Assembly (NCBI RefSeq): GCF_009914755.1 | Contig: NC_060928.1 | Strand: one strand, 5' to 3' | Length of the DNA stretch: 64,000 bases | Origin: the human T2T-CHM13v2.0 reference genome, Homo sapiens | Part shown: one piece after another, positions 29,129 to 45,870 of the stretch | Layout of the letters: each line of letters starts with the position of its first letter | Numbering within the stretch: the stretch's first letter is position 1 | The notes under the pieces: generated by a model | Seen by the model: only the letters and a program-made list of their open reading frames with translations | What the model was told of the DNA's origin: nothing | Database searches by the model: none | Translations under genes and position numbers: made by a program

Positions 29129-31554
29129 TATTGTCTACTTTCCCAAGCCTTCCTTGGTGTTATTTTGTGTTCCCTTTTCTCCCTTAGCCCCTCAATTTCC
29201 TCACGCACCATGTCTAGTCAGTTCTACCCCCTATACTTCTCTCCTGTCTTCTTCTCTACTCCGCTACCACTTCACCTGGATAGTGAAGTGGCATCTTGCC
29301 TCCTGACTGCCTTGACTCTTGTCACCGCCCCAGCCCACTGTTTCCACCTTATTCTCCCAAACTCTCATGTCCAGTCATGTTGCTTCAACTCCTCGGTGCA
29401 CTGCTTCCTGCTGTTTCCTAGGATTCCAGGACCAGGCTCATCTCTCTCTCCTTCTTACCCCCACCTTTGTCTTCCAGCAACTCCACCCTCCTAGTAGTTC
29501 CCTTAATACGCCCCATTCCCTCTACAGGTGGTGACTCTGCAGATCCTCCTCCTCTGGCTCTGCCGTTGCCCACCCCCTCCCCCTGCCACAGGTGTGTCTG
29601 CCTCTACACACGTCCATTTGCCTATTTCACATGGGTTGTAGTCGTGTTTCCTCCCTGAGAGACTGTACCTCTCTGTGAACAGATGCCCTATGTTATTTCT
29701 ATAAGTCCTCAGTAACTAGTAAAGAGTAGACACTTAAATACTGACTTGTTTTTAAGGTTCTTGAAACATTAATTGGGCCAACAGAGTCCTATGAGTGTAC
29801 ATTGCTACCAGTGTTGATGGTGTGGAGTATTAATTTCTGTGTAATCCTCCAGTCCTGGAAGATACACATATAGTTGAAGGATTTCAACACTACTATTTGG
29901 AACCTTTTGTTTTCTGTTTTCCTAGAAGTTCCATATTAATTGTCCTTGCAAGCTATAGTTGATGATCATATAAATATAATGCGTGTTATTAAAAATACTT
30001 TTGTTCTCTCCTCTCAGTAAAAGAAATACAATTTATAGTGCCAGTGGATGTACCCTAGCAAATATGTTCATAGAAATTACATCAGTATGATATTTTAAAA
30101 GCCCTTTGGATCTGACTAACTTTGCTTTACCGTTTTATCTTAATACTAAACATTGTCTCCGTTCTGTATTTTTGTTAGAAATGACTTGATATTATATACA
30201 AAGGTTATTTGAAGAAGGACACTTAGATTTCCTCCTGTCTTTATAACACATTTATGACTTTTGCCTACAAGTACTGTTTATGGTTTGACGTACTTTTCTT
30301 TATCATGTGGCTGGAAAGACACATTTACTTTTTAAAGTATGTGATTGGACACGTAATCAGTATAATGGGAAAAAATAACTTAAAAATACCCTGAATGGTA
30401 GGTTTTGGAAAACTAACTTGTGGAAATCTTAAAAAGAAATCCCGGAATATATCCTCTGACAGAGTTTGGTAAGCTTTTTCTGTTAAAGGACCAGATAGTA
30501 ATATTTTAGGCTTTAAGGAGCTGCATATGTTTCAGTCACATAATATTTTATTTTTAAATAACTCTTTAAAAAATATAAAAATCCATTCTTAGCTCAAGGA
30601 CAGTATAAAAACAAGCCCTTGGGGTGTGTTCTCTAGACGCTGAAAAGCTAGTCTGCTGTATTCACAAAGATTTTTACCTCTTAATTCATGATAATAAGTG
30701 TTCAACTTGCCATTTGCTCTTTGAGTCTTGGAATCGACAGGTCAAGCACCGGGTGTGATGCTACATCTTGAGAAATTACCTTCACCCAGGTTGCTGAATG
30801 CAGCAGTTTGAAGGACTACAAAATAGAACATCAAAAAGGGATTTATAAATCTAAACCCGTTTAATAGGTGTGCAATCAGGACACTGTGTAAACAGAAATG
30901 CATAAACTCAGTTGACTGGCCAAAGTGGCTGCAAATGTGGAAGGTTGCTTATACTTTGCTAAGGTAGCCCAGCTTAGATTGAGCAGCCAGTAGCTGGCTA
31001 TGGGAGAGTTGACACAACTGGGAGGATGAAAAGGCCATTCCAGGGTGACTGGCTAGAAAGTGTTCTAACTATTTGTCCTGACAGTATCTTTATTATTTGC
31101 AGGTATAACAATGCATGGTTACAAATAAATATGTGCAAGCAAACTTTCATATATGATTTTCTTAGGGTATCTCAAGAAACATAATGGACAGGTTGGACAA
31201 AAAGATTCTCCATCTTGACAAGGACAATCTCAAGAATGAAGTAGTAATGAGGGATAAATCCTAGTCAACTGCGGCCAACCAGACTATATCCCTCAAACTT
31301 TAAACTCCATTGCCATTCCCCACCCCAGGAAGGATCTTCCAAGCCTTTTTGAGTAAAACATTATTTTGCCTACCCCTTTGAGTTATCACTTGATTTTAGA
31401 GACATGGAATATTGCATTTTTTACTGACATTTAGCATAATTAAACATTGGTAGATTAAGATTTTTTAAATACATATGACAAACTGCTTTATTGAATGATT
31501 AAGCACAAATGTAAACATTGAGAAATGTATGTTAATGTTTTCTCTTGGTTTCAG

Positions 31555-31652
31555 GTTCTGGGCATCCAAGTGAAATGCTTCCATGAAATTATCACTATAG
31601 GTTATAGAGTCTATCATTCTTATGATCTACCATGGTTTAGAACACTAAGTTG
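31555..31652 (+). CDS. CDS1: CDS1 exon 4 (98 nt): [32 protein letters not shown](W)
   Basis: tggtttcag|GTTCTG ... AGTTG|gtaagt. Confidence 0.96.
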
Positions 31653-32947
31653 GTAAGTAAGCTTGAAACTATTTCAGATATGAAAAGTTAATTTCTGAAG
31701 TTTGTAAAGGAAGCGTCTTGATCAGTCAGTATCCACTCAATTTACCCTATAGATTGATTCTAGAGAAAGATAAATAAAAATAATGTAATTGAATTTTGAA
31801 AAGATCACCTTTGTCTTTCCTACTCCAATACAACTTTTTTCAGATCTCATATTTTAGTCTTTGTAGAGATATCTAATATGTGAATATATACACCATTCTT
31901 GTCCTTTTTTTAATAAAAAACTAAACATTGTATTGGAAACATTTTTGTATCCTTTACAATAATAATTTTAGCAAAATATTTACATATAATCTTTTCCTTC
32001 ATTTTCCTTCATTTCCTCTCAGTTGACATGATAACATACAACATATTGTATATATACAAATGCACATAAAGTTAGTAACAAAATCACCATAATGATATTA
32101 ACATTTAAAATTTTATATCTTTTAAAACTTTTCATATATAAATCATTGCTCTCAGAACCTTGACTAGGAAACATGATAACATTATAGTTCATATTTAACC
32201 CAAGTGGCCATCCTTTTTAATATAGTTGATAAATATCAACCAGGGAGTCAGTGTCTTTTTAAAACAGATGGGGTTTAGAATAGTCAAAAAGAAGTGTCTT
32301 GATTTCGGTGATAGCTGATTTTTCCTTCTAGCAGGTTTCTTCACGAGTGGCAAAGTATACAGGAAATGTTAGATAGATAAAGTAATTGGAGAATAATTAA
32401 ATGTAAAACCATGCAGTATTGATTCTAAGTATTATTAAGAAGAGAAGATAAATAAGGATGGGCTCCAGTGATTGTAGAAGGTGTCAAACAAGAGGTAAAA
32501 GATAAACTGGTATTTGAAATGAAGACAAGTTTTGGATAAAGAAGAGTTTTCTAGTTGGGGATGTAGCACCCATCAGTTTCTAGATGTGGGACAGATGTAC
32601 TTATACTACCGTTGATGAGACATTCCTGGCCCTTCTGAGCAGATGGTATTGATTAGCGGACAGTGGGTAAATAGTTGGATTGGTAGACCAGGTTAGGCCT
32701 TGATTGCCTTACAGAGGAAGCATCCCTGCTCATCTGGAGTCCACTAGGAGCATTAGAAGAGGGGAGATACCAGTGTGTGCAGGGCAGTGGGGAGACAGGT
32801 TGAATTACCTCTTCTTTCTTTCCCTCCTAATCTTCCTGAGGACAGGTGGGGATTTGTCTTAGGACTTCTACTATTAAAAAGCATTAGAGCTGTGAGTAGT
32901 TACGAGTTAATTTTCATTATGAACTTAATCCCTCAATATATACACCC

Positions 32948-33032
32948 ACACATTATACATACATACAAAGTATTAAAATCATACACACACACAAACATAC
33001 ACACATTATACATACACACAAAGTATTAAATT

Positions 33033-33077
<45 letters not shown>
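32948..33077. repeat. ~53-bp tandem duplication followed by a (CA)n microsatellite
   Basis: acacattatacatac.(.)acaaagtattaaa occurs twice, then ~20 CA units. Confidence 0.9.
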
Positions 33078-33080
<3 letters not shown>

Positions 33081-33384
33081 TCCCGCCTCCCAAGGGTGAG
33101 GGATTGTGTGTGTGTAGTATTTTCTACATTGTTTCCTAATTATCTCTGGCATTAGATTTTCAGCTAAATAAAGGTATGAACTATGTTTGGTAAATTTTTG
33201 CTAATCAATAAATTTGAAATTAAGTTTAAAACAGGAAAATAGCATTTTGGTAAAATATATCTTGAATTGGTCTTCTGAACTTTGTTTTGATCTTTGTGTC
33301 ATCAGAATGTAGAAAATAATTTTGTTGAGTTTGAGGGGAAGGAAAGCTTCAAATATAGAAAAGCTAATTGTTTTTAAATTATAG

Positions 33385-33524
33385 GTACTTTCTATTGTGT
33401 GTAAACTACTTTTTCTATGGAGAGACTGTAGCTGATTATTTTGCTACATTTGTTCAAAGAGAAGAACAACTTCAGTTCCTCATTCGCTACCATAGATTTA
33501 TATCATTTGCCCTCTATCTGGCAG
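33385..33524 (+). CDS. CDS1: CDS1 exon 5 (140 nt): [46 protein letters not shown](G)
   Basis: aattatag|GTAC ... GGCAG|gtaagt; overlaps ORF 33368..33550 in frame. Confidence 0.96.
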
Positions 33525-33741
33525 GTAAGTTAAGGAATATTCTGTATTGATATATAGTTAACATATTTTCCATGTTTATTTTTATTTCTGTTATTTTAAT
33601 TAGTAATTTTTTGGTTAAATTTTATTCCAGCCTCTCTTTTTCATTGTTTCTTGTGTATAAAGCTATTTCTTTCATCATGTTCTTAAATAGCAATTACTCC
33701 CTTATAGTGGGTTTAAAAAGTGCTTGTTAAGAATCACTCCA

Positions 33742-34035
<294 letters not shown>

Positions 34036-34166
34036 AGAATCACTCCATATGTTTGAAAATTTTCTTTGCAAATTGTAGTAAAAAAACTTTTAAGTAAATA
34101 AAAATTATTAACCAAATTTAATTTATGAAAAAACTTTCACATATATATTGCTTTATTTGTCCCTAG

Positions 34167-34512
<346 letters not shown>

Positions 34513-34735
34513 TAATTAGTTTTTTAGACATAGTTTATAATATATGCAACTGTTTATAGTATGCTATGCCACATGTTTTTGTAATTTTTAAATTAAAAAT
34601 TAGATTCTTAAGATAAAGTTAGAATTTACAGATATCTTTTCTATGAAATTTTACAGATCATAAAAACCCCTAAGCAATTGATTTTTTTAAATGTGCTTTT
34701 TAAAAGCCAGATTGCTCATTTGAATTCTGGACCTA

Positions 34736-35083
<348 letters not shown>

Positions 35084-35574
35084 TTAATTAATTTCTCTGT
35101 GCTTCAGTTTCTTTGTAAAGCACTTAGAATAGTACCTGGCACTACTTAAATTTTTTTTATTGTTATTTTCACTTTAAAAGAAGGACATGAAGTTTGTTTG
35201 TGAGTTTTCACCTTAGCTGTTACTAGTTATTGTTTTAGCTCCTAGGAGTTTCCCAATAAATGAATTTTTCTCCTGGTACAATCTTAGAAACTGGGTAATT
35301 CTTTTCCATTTCTCTTTAAAAATATACAGAGTATGTGGGGAAGCATGTCCAGTCCTGTAGAAGTATGCTATTTCATTAAATAGTTATGATGTTCTTCTTG
35401 GTGCCCCTCAGCTCCTTCAGTTCCTAGGCCTTCTAATTCTAAAAAGCCAGAAAGTGAAATACAATCTGAAATGGTAATGGGAATTTTCAGAGAACTTGTT
35501 TTTATGTAATGAGGAGGAATACATTTTCGAATAATTTTCCACCTTTTACATTCAGGTTTTTTGTTACTTTTTAA

Positions 35575-35717
35575 AATTTTAAATTTCATTTTATTTTCCC
35601 AGAGATTAGGTCTCCCCATGTGGCCCAGGCTGGTCTCGAACTCCTGGGCTCAAGGGATCCTTCCGCCTTGGCCTCCCAAAGTGCTGGGATTACAGGCACA
35701 AGCCACTGCACCCAGCC
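35575..35717 (-). mobile_element. FLAM_C
   Basis: Monomer flanked by cattcaggttt repeats. Confidence 0.8.
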
Positions 35718-36239
35718 TTTCATTCAGGTTTATTGTTCAGTTCAGCTTTCCAAATTTGTTCCTTCATTTAAAAAAACTTTTCACTGCTATATCTATAGAA
35801 AGTACATTCCTAGAAATAGGTATTGAAAAATTTCTACTCTTTTACTGGTACTCATATGATGGTAGTTGGTCCATTTTAAATTCTGACCAGTTGGAAGGAT
35901 TATGATCATGGAGAGATTATGATTGTTATCAGCTAAGAAGACCATACTAAAATTTTGGAGAGTAAAACACTTGACTCTGATTCTGTGTTTATCAAAGCAC
36001 ATTTGTGCATTTTCTTGGTATTCTTTGTAGAAACTTTGAGTATTTTCTCTCATTTACCAAACCAGTAAGCTTGATTTATTTTGTTAAAGGTAAGGTAGAT
36101 TCTGGAATGGATTCTTTTTTTATTATGGGAGAGAAGAATGTAGTACCTTCTCAGTTTATATTTAAGGTAACAAGACTTCTGGCATTTTGAGTTTTGATGA
36201 TAATACCAACAGTCAAAGAGTCTATGGTATCTTCTGTTA

Positions 36240-36774
<535 letters not shown>

Positions 36775-37680
36775 TTAGGCATTATCTATTCACTTCCTGT
36801 TATAACCTACTTTACTTCTTCATATTCAGTTTTTTTATAGTAATAGTTAGCATTAAGTAGGTACCTAAAATATCACTTCCTGTAGAGCCAAATAGTATCT
36901 ATGATTACATTTCCTTCTTTTACAACTTTTTGTTTTTCCCGAACTTGAGGAACTGCCTCACCTTCTCTTTCCCATATTTGCTAATTTCAGTGTAGAAATC
37001 CTTAATTTTTCCTTTAGGTTTGACCCATGTCTGTTGGTAGTATTTTCAGATGTTTACACAAGTCAGATAGTATATCAATTGCCTTTTTTCATGGAGACTT
37101 CTGTGCCAGAGACCTCTGCATTCCTGTTCCTGTGTGAGCTGGCTGCATATGGGCCCACTGCTGAGCTGTCCTCATGATTTGAGCCGGTTTCTTCCATCCC
37201 AGTCTTCCATCTCTTAGTTAACACCCTCACTTTGCTGAAGCATGGCCTGCTGTAGTTTCTTATGAAATGATGTGTAGAAGGTAGTTGTCTTATGTTTGTG
37301 CATTTCTAAAGATATCTTTAGTCTATTCTTACAGCTGATTGCTTTGGCTAGGGCTCACACTTATTGTTGGACTTTTACTTAATAATCCAGGTCAGAAGCC
37401 TAGGCCTCAGTCTTGCCTTCCACCGGGCCCTTTCTCCTTAGTTTCTGTAGAAAATACGTTTAGGCACCTGTAATTTCTCAGGCCTACTAACAGTTTTCTA
37501 TCTGTTTTCTAGCTTCCAAATTTTGTAGACATGTTTCTTCTTTTCTCCTTCACATTTCTTCAGTTTTCTCTGTTCTTGTGGGGCTTCCCCTTAATTTATT
37601 TTAATGTTATTTTGCAGGGATACCAGGATGGAATACAAACTATCATTTAAAAACAAAAAGCCTTAACTAGTTTTATTTTT

Positions 37681-37962
37681 CCCTTGGCTTAGAACAATTT
37701 GTTATTTTTGCTCACAGTCCTGCGGATTGGCGGGCTTAACTTAGCCGTTCTAACCCCAGGCCTCTCACGTGGTTGCCATGAGACAGAGGCGGGTGCTCAT
37801 GTCTTGAGTGGGCTGGACATCAAAGATGGCTCCTTTTCATGACTGCAGTTCGTGCCGCTTGCTGACTTGGGCACTGACCTGTGGCCCCTCCATGTGGCTT
37901 GGATGGGACAGGCAGCCCGGGTTCTGAATGGGGAGCATGCCAGGAGCCAGGTGTTTCAAGAG
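37681..37962 (-). mobile_element. MLT1F-like LTR fragment flanked by direct repeats
   Basis: tgggctggacatcaaagatggctc; gtggcccctccatgtggcttgg. Confidence 0.75.
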
Positions 37963-37981
37963 GCCTAAACTAGTTTTTTTT

Positions 37982-38339
<358 letters not shown>

Positions 38340-38816
38340 TTAGACTAGAAAGGAGTATTCCATGAAATCCTCCTCCACCTCAGTGCCTTACTTACGATAT
38401 CTGGAGGCTTACTACTGTTATTCCAGAAATTGTCTGAGTATTCAAGCTTTTATGTTTATATCCCCCCTCCCTTTTTCTTATGCAAGTAAGAGTATCTCTT
38501 CTGTACCATTTTTCCACTTCATATATTAATAGCTTATAGATGGATTTATATTGGCACATCTACATCTATCATTGTATCCATATCTGCAGTTACATCTATA
38601 TTGATATACAGCAATAGCTGAGAGGTAGAATGTCAGCATATAAGGTGATTACTGTTTTCCCCTTTGGTTTTGCTATAATTTATGCTTGAGAATAACATCT
38701 CAATTGAGTGTGGACCGATAGTGTAGTTCATTTTCTTTGTTGTTTCTTTTTATATATTTTGTCTTTCATAGCCTCCTAACCAGCCCCTTTTTAGTAATTC
38801 TTTGTTCCATATATGA

Positions 38817-39151
<335 letters not shown>

Positions 39152-39259
39152 TGGTATTTCTTCATTTTTCTAACCGTATACTTATTTCTGCCATAGACAT
39201 GTTTTACCATTTCTTATTTTACACTCTTAGAATCACAGAAACTTACTGAAAGTCATCAA

Positions 39260-39830
39260 AGTCATTCTTAGAGCAAACATTTCAGTGTTTTCCAAAAGCT
39301 AGATACTGTGAATGATGTTGAGGATATAAAGGGAGATGAAGTGATTGTGTGCTTTCCAGGGTCTTGAAATTGGTAAGATGTGAGTCTTCTAGTTCATTGC
39401 TGAAATGTGAACAAGTCCTGTCAGGAGCATGAAGAAGAGGAAGGAAGGCCATGGAAGGCCTTTGAGAAGAGATGACAGGTTTCATGAAAAGGAAAGAGCA
39501 AGCAGGCAGTTGCCAGGTATCGTATAGTAGAAAAGTCCATTCCAGGCGGAGGAACAGCTGTGCAGGCATGAGAATGAGAAAGGATTGCATGTTTTGGGTT
39601 CATGGAGGCATTGAAGATAGGGAAGGTAGGTAGGAGCCACATCTTAAGAAAATCTGTATGTCATGGGAAAGGTTTGGACTTTATATCTGGGAAAACATTG
39701 GAGGATTTTAAGCTAAGAAATGATATAACCAGATTTGTAATTAAATGAAGTAGGTTGGGAGACATGATCAGGCAGACTAGATAGGAAGTTACTACTGTAA
39801 TCCACACTAAATGTAGTAATGACCTAAACT
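39260..39830. mobile_element. L2 fragments; also ~15200-15520, 24050-24610, 29150-29750, 57870-58240 and 59650-59940
   Basis: ccattccaggcggaggaacagctgtgcag; tttggactttat...ggaggattttaagc. Confidence 0.65.
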
Positions 39831-39869
39831 CTTCTGGTTTGTAGTTAATACTAAATGAGTAATAAGTTA

Positions 39870-40274
<405 letters not shown>

Positions 40275-42529
40275 TTATTGGCTTAAAATGCACTTCTTTG
40301 TTGCAATAATTGCATATTCACATGCAGTTGTAAGAAATAATAGATCTTTTTACACTTTGCTCAGTTATCACCAATGATAGTATTTTGCAAAATTATAGTA
40401 CATCACACCAGGATATTGACATCATTACAGTCACACAAATGTACTTTTTGTTTGTTATTTTGAGACAGGATCTCACTATTTTCCCAGGCTGGTCTTGAAT
40501 TCCTGGACTCAACTTACCCTTCTGCCTCAGACTCCTTGGTAGCTGGGATTACAGGCGTGTATTACCACGCCCAGCTCTACAGATATACTTTAAAAATGCA
40601 ACCTCATAGTAAGCTAGGAGCTACTCAGTTAAATGATGTAACTTCCAGTATAAAACAGGCATAGAATACTATATGTCTATTATCATTTTAAGCGTTGCCT
40701 AAAAATGGCTCGGTTAGACCAAAAGCACCCATGGTGTACCTCTCTTGTTTATTTAATTCCCAGAGCGCAGTGCAGGCCTGGCATTGAGGGTCCGACTATG
40801 TATTTGTTGGATAAACGATTAAGAGGCTGAGAACATGCACATCCACACACAGTGCTTCTTAATGATATTTTCTTAGTATCAGTGTTTTGTTTGCTGAGTC
40901 TTGAGGCCTTAGTGGCTACTCTTGAAGTGCTTAGCAACATTTGTGAGCTTAGTCTAGCAAATGGAGTTAGACTTTGAAACAGGACTATGGAAATAGAAAG
41001 TATGCTAACATTGAGATATTTGTACCTTTCTTTCAAATTATGTTGTAGAAATCTTTGGAATCCAAGTCTTTCTGTTAAACAATATTCCAAGTGCCCTGTG
41101 AAAATTTTAGTTCTATTACAGTGGTCAAATGACTTCAGAAAATGTATGTCTTACCAGATTTAAAAAGCAGAGACAGTTCAAATTACTTCATTGACATTGA
41201 ATTTTATTTAAATAAAATGTAGGTATCTCCAATTCTGACCCCCTCATGGAGGTCCATGAAATTAAATGACTTGTTTAATATTATACAAAATGTCTCACTG
41301 ACTAGGACCTAGAAGTCATATTGACATTTAGATAATTTTGTTGCAAAATGAGTTTGACTGATAGCAGAGAAAATCAGGGAGACTAAAAATAATAAAACAA
41401 ACGTTTTCTCTAGAGTCTAGATATATATTAAAAAGAACTCATCAACTTGGTGATTTGGAATTGGGGCTCTTTAGAAACCAGAGCAGTCATGCAATTATAT
41501 GGTTAGCAGTGATGTGTAAACAGACTTAAGGTGTTTGACCCTTAATATCATCACCTTACATTTCTTTATCCAACTATAGTGATGTGCATATTATATTTAA
41601 TAAATTATTTTTTGCTTGTATTTGTGCATGCATAGCTATTTTGATTTCTTTAAAGTTCTTATGGAGATAATATGACTTGAATATAATGCTTTGAGTCCAA
41701 GAAAATTGATGGACATATAAAACTAAGTTATAGCCAAAATTAATGCATAATTAAGATGTTTTCCCCAAACATCCTGAGTATCTTTTATATCAGAGGATAT
41801 TAATGAAATCTTTAGACTAAAGTGTCACAAATAATTCACAAAGGACTGTATCTCCAAAACTACTTAAAATTTCTGAATTAAAGACTGCTAAACACTATAC
41901 ACATGCTAGTATTGGTTCTAAACCTTAGACTAACCATTCAGATTAATAGAAAACTTTTTAAAATGTTAACTAATATGATGATTGGTTTGTATGGTAATCT
42001 CCACGATGCATATTCATTTAAAACTTTTTCAGAACAACTCAGTTATAGCCTGGTGTCTGAATAAAGGCACACAATGCAGTGTGATTTTGAATTTATTTAA
42101 TTTGATGCTAGAAAGTTTTGATGGTTTAGGCAAGTATAATGAAGAATATAACCAAGCGGAAGAATGGGGGATGAGTCAGAAGCTTTAGTATTCAATCTTG
42201 GGCCCATCCTACTGTCTGCTTTTTGAATTAAGGGCTATATGTGTTTACTAAATTTTGACTAATCATCAATGGTAAATTTTAAAAACAACTTTATTTTTTC
42301 TTTGTTTTTGGTGTCTTCAACAAGAGCAAGAGCTCCTGAATGGCAGTGCCTATCTTATTCATTTTTGCATCTTGTTTCTGGCATATCGAAGGTGCTTGAT
42401 AAATATTTTTTTATCTATTTTTCTGAAATTCCCTCTGTCTCATCTATTGGGCTTTTCGGTGTCTTGTGTTTTTTCCTTTACTTTTCCTGACCCCCTTAAA
42501 AATCTTCATCCTCTTCTTCTTCCTTTTTA

Positions 42530-42824
<295 letters not shown>

Positions 42825-43280
42825 GATTCTCTTGTTATTTTTGAATACACCTCTCTTTAGTTTGTTGGGTAACTGGTTCTGCTTAATGACTGGAGAACTC
42901 TTTGATGCTGGGCAACGAGATGTACGTATCTTTGTATTGAGAACACCAGGCACAATACTATGTAGATAAATGATGATAAGTATAACTTTTATATAAAGAA
43001 CTATATATTAGGAGGCCTTTTCAGTACTTTTATTTATACTACTACAACACATTCTGTGATTTTAATTTAGAAATAGTTATACAAGCATTCTTTGTTAATC
43101 AGGGAAAAAACCTATGGATCCAATTGTACAAAAAGTGACCGTTTCCACAGATTTATTAACATATAAATGTATTTTTAAGTATTTAAACATAAAATGTTAA
43201 TATATCCATATAGTTGTGAATGAGAAAGATTAAGTTCATATGTTTCTCTTTTACAATGTTTTTCTTTAAAAAATAATACA

Positions 43281-43635
43281 CAGTTGGCCCTCCTATATCC
43301 ATGGGTTTTGCATCTCTGGAGTCAACCAACTGTGGATTGAAAATACTCTGAAAAAAAAAAAAAAACCACAATGGATGGTTGTGTCTTTATTGAACATGTA
43401 TAGGCTTGTTTCTTGTCATTATCCCCTGAAAAATACAGTCTAACAATTATTTATATAGAATTTACATTGTATTAGGAATTATAAGTAATCTAGAAATGAT
43501 TTAAGATACACAGGAGGATGTAAGTAGGTTATATGCAAATACTATACCATTTTATATAAGGGACTTGAGCATCCATGGATTTTTGTCCTTTGGGGATCCT
43601 GCAACCAATCACCCAGGGATACTGAGAGATGACTA
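43281..43635 (-). mobile_element. MER2 (TcMar-Tigger MITE), near full length
   Basis: TIR cagttggccctcc; gggacttgagcatccatggattt; ~355 bp. Confidence 0.88.
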
Positions 43636-44649
43636 TATTTAGCCTCAGCTATGCTAGGAAAACACTTTATACCTCCCCCTTCCTCTAAGTCAGAGAACTG
43701 TATTATCTTACTGTATCTAGGAGTCAGACAATTGTATCCCATAGGTGAAATTGGATTATGTAAACGTGAGTTGCCAAGGTTGTCCTGGATAAAATGTCCA
43801 TTAGGAAAATGTTAAATGATTCTACTGGTAATTGTGTTTGAAGAAATGTAAGTAAGGGTGAATGGTGTTATCATTTCAAGAAAGAGAAAATCATGTATTT
43901 TGGAGTAGTATTTGTGAGTAGATAATTCATAGTTAATGATATTGAGAAGTTCCCAAGGCTGTGCTGGGAGAGTCAAGGGGTCTGTTTGGACAGAAAACAT
44001 GGTTTCTGTCTTGTGTCTCTGCTTTGCCCCTTACCCATTGGCTTTGAACCGAGTCCAGTCCACGTTTGCCTTTAACCACGGATCAGTGGCACAAAAACAG
44101 CATAGAAATTATGTTATTACTTGAGCTTCAAGATAAGTCTACCTGCTGTAGAAGAAAAACTCAAAAGCAGGAATTTTTAAAGGAATCTTTCATACAATTG
44201 GTAATTTTGATGCCATTAATTTCATGTTTTAGTATCTCTCTCTCTCTCATTCTTTCTCTCTTTCCTTTCTCTCAATAAAGTGACATAATGGCTTTCATTT
44301 GTGCCTCCACTCAGAAAATGTGTCCCTATTGCTTGTGCAGGCCAGTTAGTTGGATTACCTCATAGATGACAAATAGGAGGTGAGATAGGATTGGGGTCAG
44401 TATTCATTCTCTTCATTTTGTCATGGTCCTTTATGCTTTGGCATTTCAAATTGATCACCAAAAGTAGCGAAAGGCAGCTGCTGTTTGATTCTTTGCTTGG
44501 TGAGAGTAGTAATACCCTTGTTTACTCTACTGGTAGAATTGCCTTGATAAGTATAACTTGGATGTACAAAGTCTAGTATTTATACAGAAATTGATCAACT
44601 GAAAATTCAATTTCTCTCTTGGAGAACTCACTCTTTAAAGATACTGCAG

Positions 44650-44812
44650 AGGCTGGGTACAGTGGCTCACACCTGTAATCTTGATACTTTGGAAGACCAA
44701 GGTGGGAGGATCGCTTGAGGCCAGGAGTTCAAGGCTGCAGTGAGCTGTGATTGTGCCACTGCATTCCAGGCTGAGCCATAGAGCGACACTTGACTCAAAA
44801 AAGAAAAAAAAA
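44650..44812 (+). mobile_element. Alu monomer (FRAM/FAM-like)
   Basis: ~160-bp single arm with A-tail. Confidence 0.75.
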
Positions 44813-45811
44813 GGATGTTGCAGAATAGAATGCATACATAGCCATTTATCTGAAATTAAATTTGGTTTATATATTTTCAATATCCACCTCTGTAAAATAA
44901 ACCTATCTTTAGACGTTTACTGGTATTTTTGGCAAGAAGTGATTCATATTGCCTCCCATTATTTTAGTATATGATTACTAGATTTCACTTAATTGGTTAG
45001 AATTTAATAAATTATCATTGTAATAAATTTGTAAAATGTAAACATAAATACATATACTGTTTGTAAATCTTTACATTATTAAGAGTATTACATTTTACTA
45101 TAATTATTGTATGCTTTTGAGAAATTGCAAATTGTTCTTAACCTGAATTTTGCTGATCTCAGTTCATGGAACCACGTGACTCTTAAGGGTCAATAGGATT
45201 TTAGTGTTTATTTTCTAGCCCTGTGATCCTCAGTAAATTATTAAAGCCCTTTGTGCATTTTTCCTCATCTGTAAAATGGAGCTAAAAATGAGTACCTATA
45301 TTATAGGAATTTTGAAAGGATTAAATCAGTTGGTAATAAAGGATCATCATTAAAGATAAAATGCTTAGATAAGAGCCTAGAAAGAGTAAGCATTCAATAG
45401 ACTTTAGCTGTTATAATAGTTATTATTAATTTTTCTATTATGTAGAGATTGAAAACATTCTGTACATACACTTGATGCATTGTTATAGCAAATAAATACT
45501 ATTTAATTTAAATTTAAGATCTGTTTTCCATGCCCACATATTAGCAGGGGACTAATTAATTGAATTAATGCAGAGGATGTTTATTGAATTTGTGCCATGG
45601 AATGTATTAGGCACTTTGGAGAGTACAAGATTGTTTCCCTCAAGAAACTTACTTTAAATGCTTAATGTAAGATAGTAGGAGAGATGGCATCTGAGTAAGT
45701 AGCTAAAATATGCCTAGCTGTGATACAGCAAATTGGTTTATTTGGGCTCAAGGAATCTTAACCCTTTGTACCAAATTGTACAACGAGCACATGTTTTTTG
45801 TTCTTGAACAG

Positions 45812-45870
45812 GTTTCTGCATGTTTGTACTGAGTTTGGTGAAGAAACATTATCGTCTGCAGTTTTATATG
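45812..45870 (+). CDS. CDS1: CDS1 exon 6 (59 nt): FCMFVLSLVKKHYRLQFYM
   Basis: ttgaacag|GTTTC ... TATATG|gtgtgt. Confidence 0.95.
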
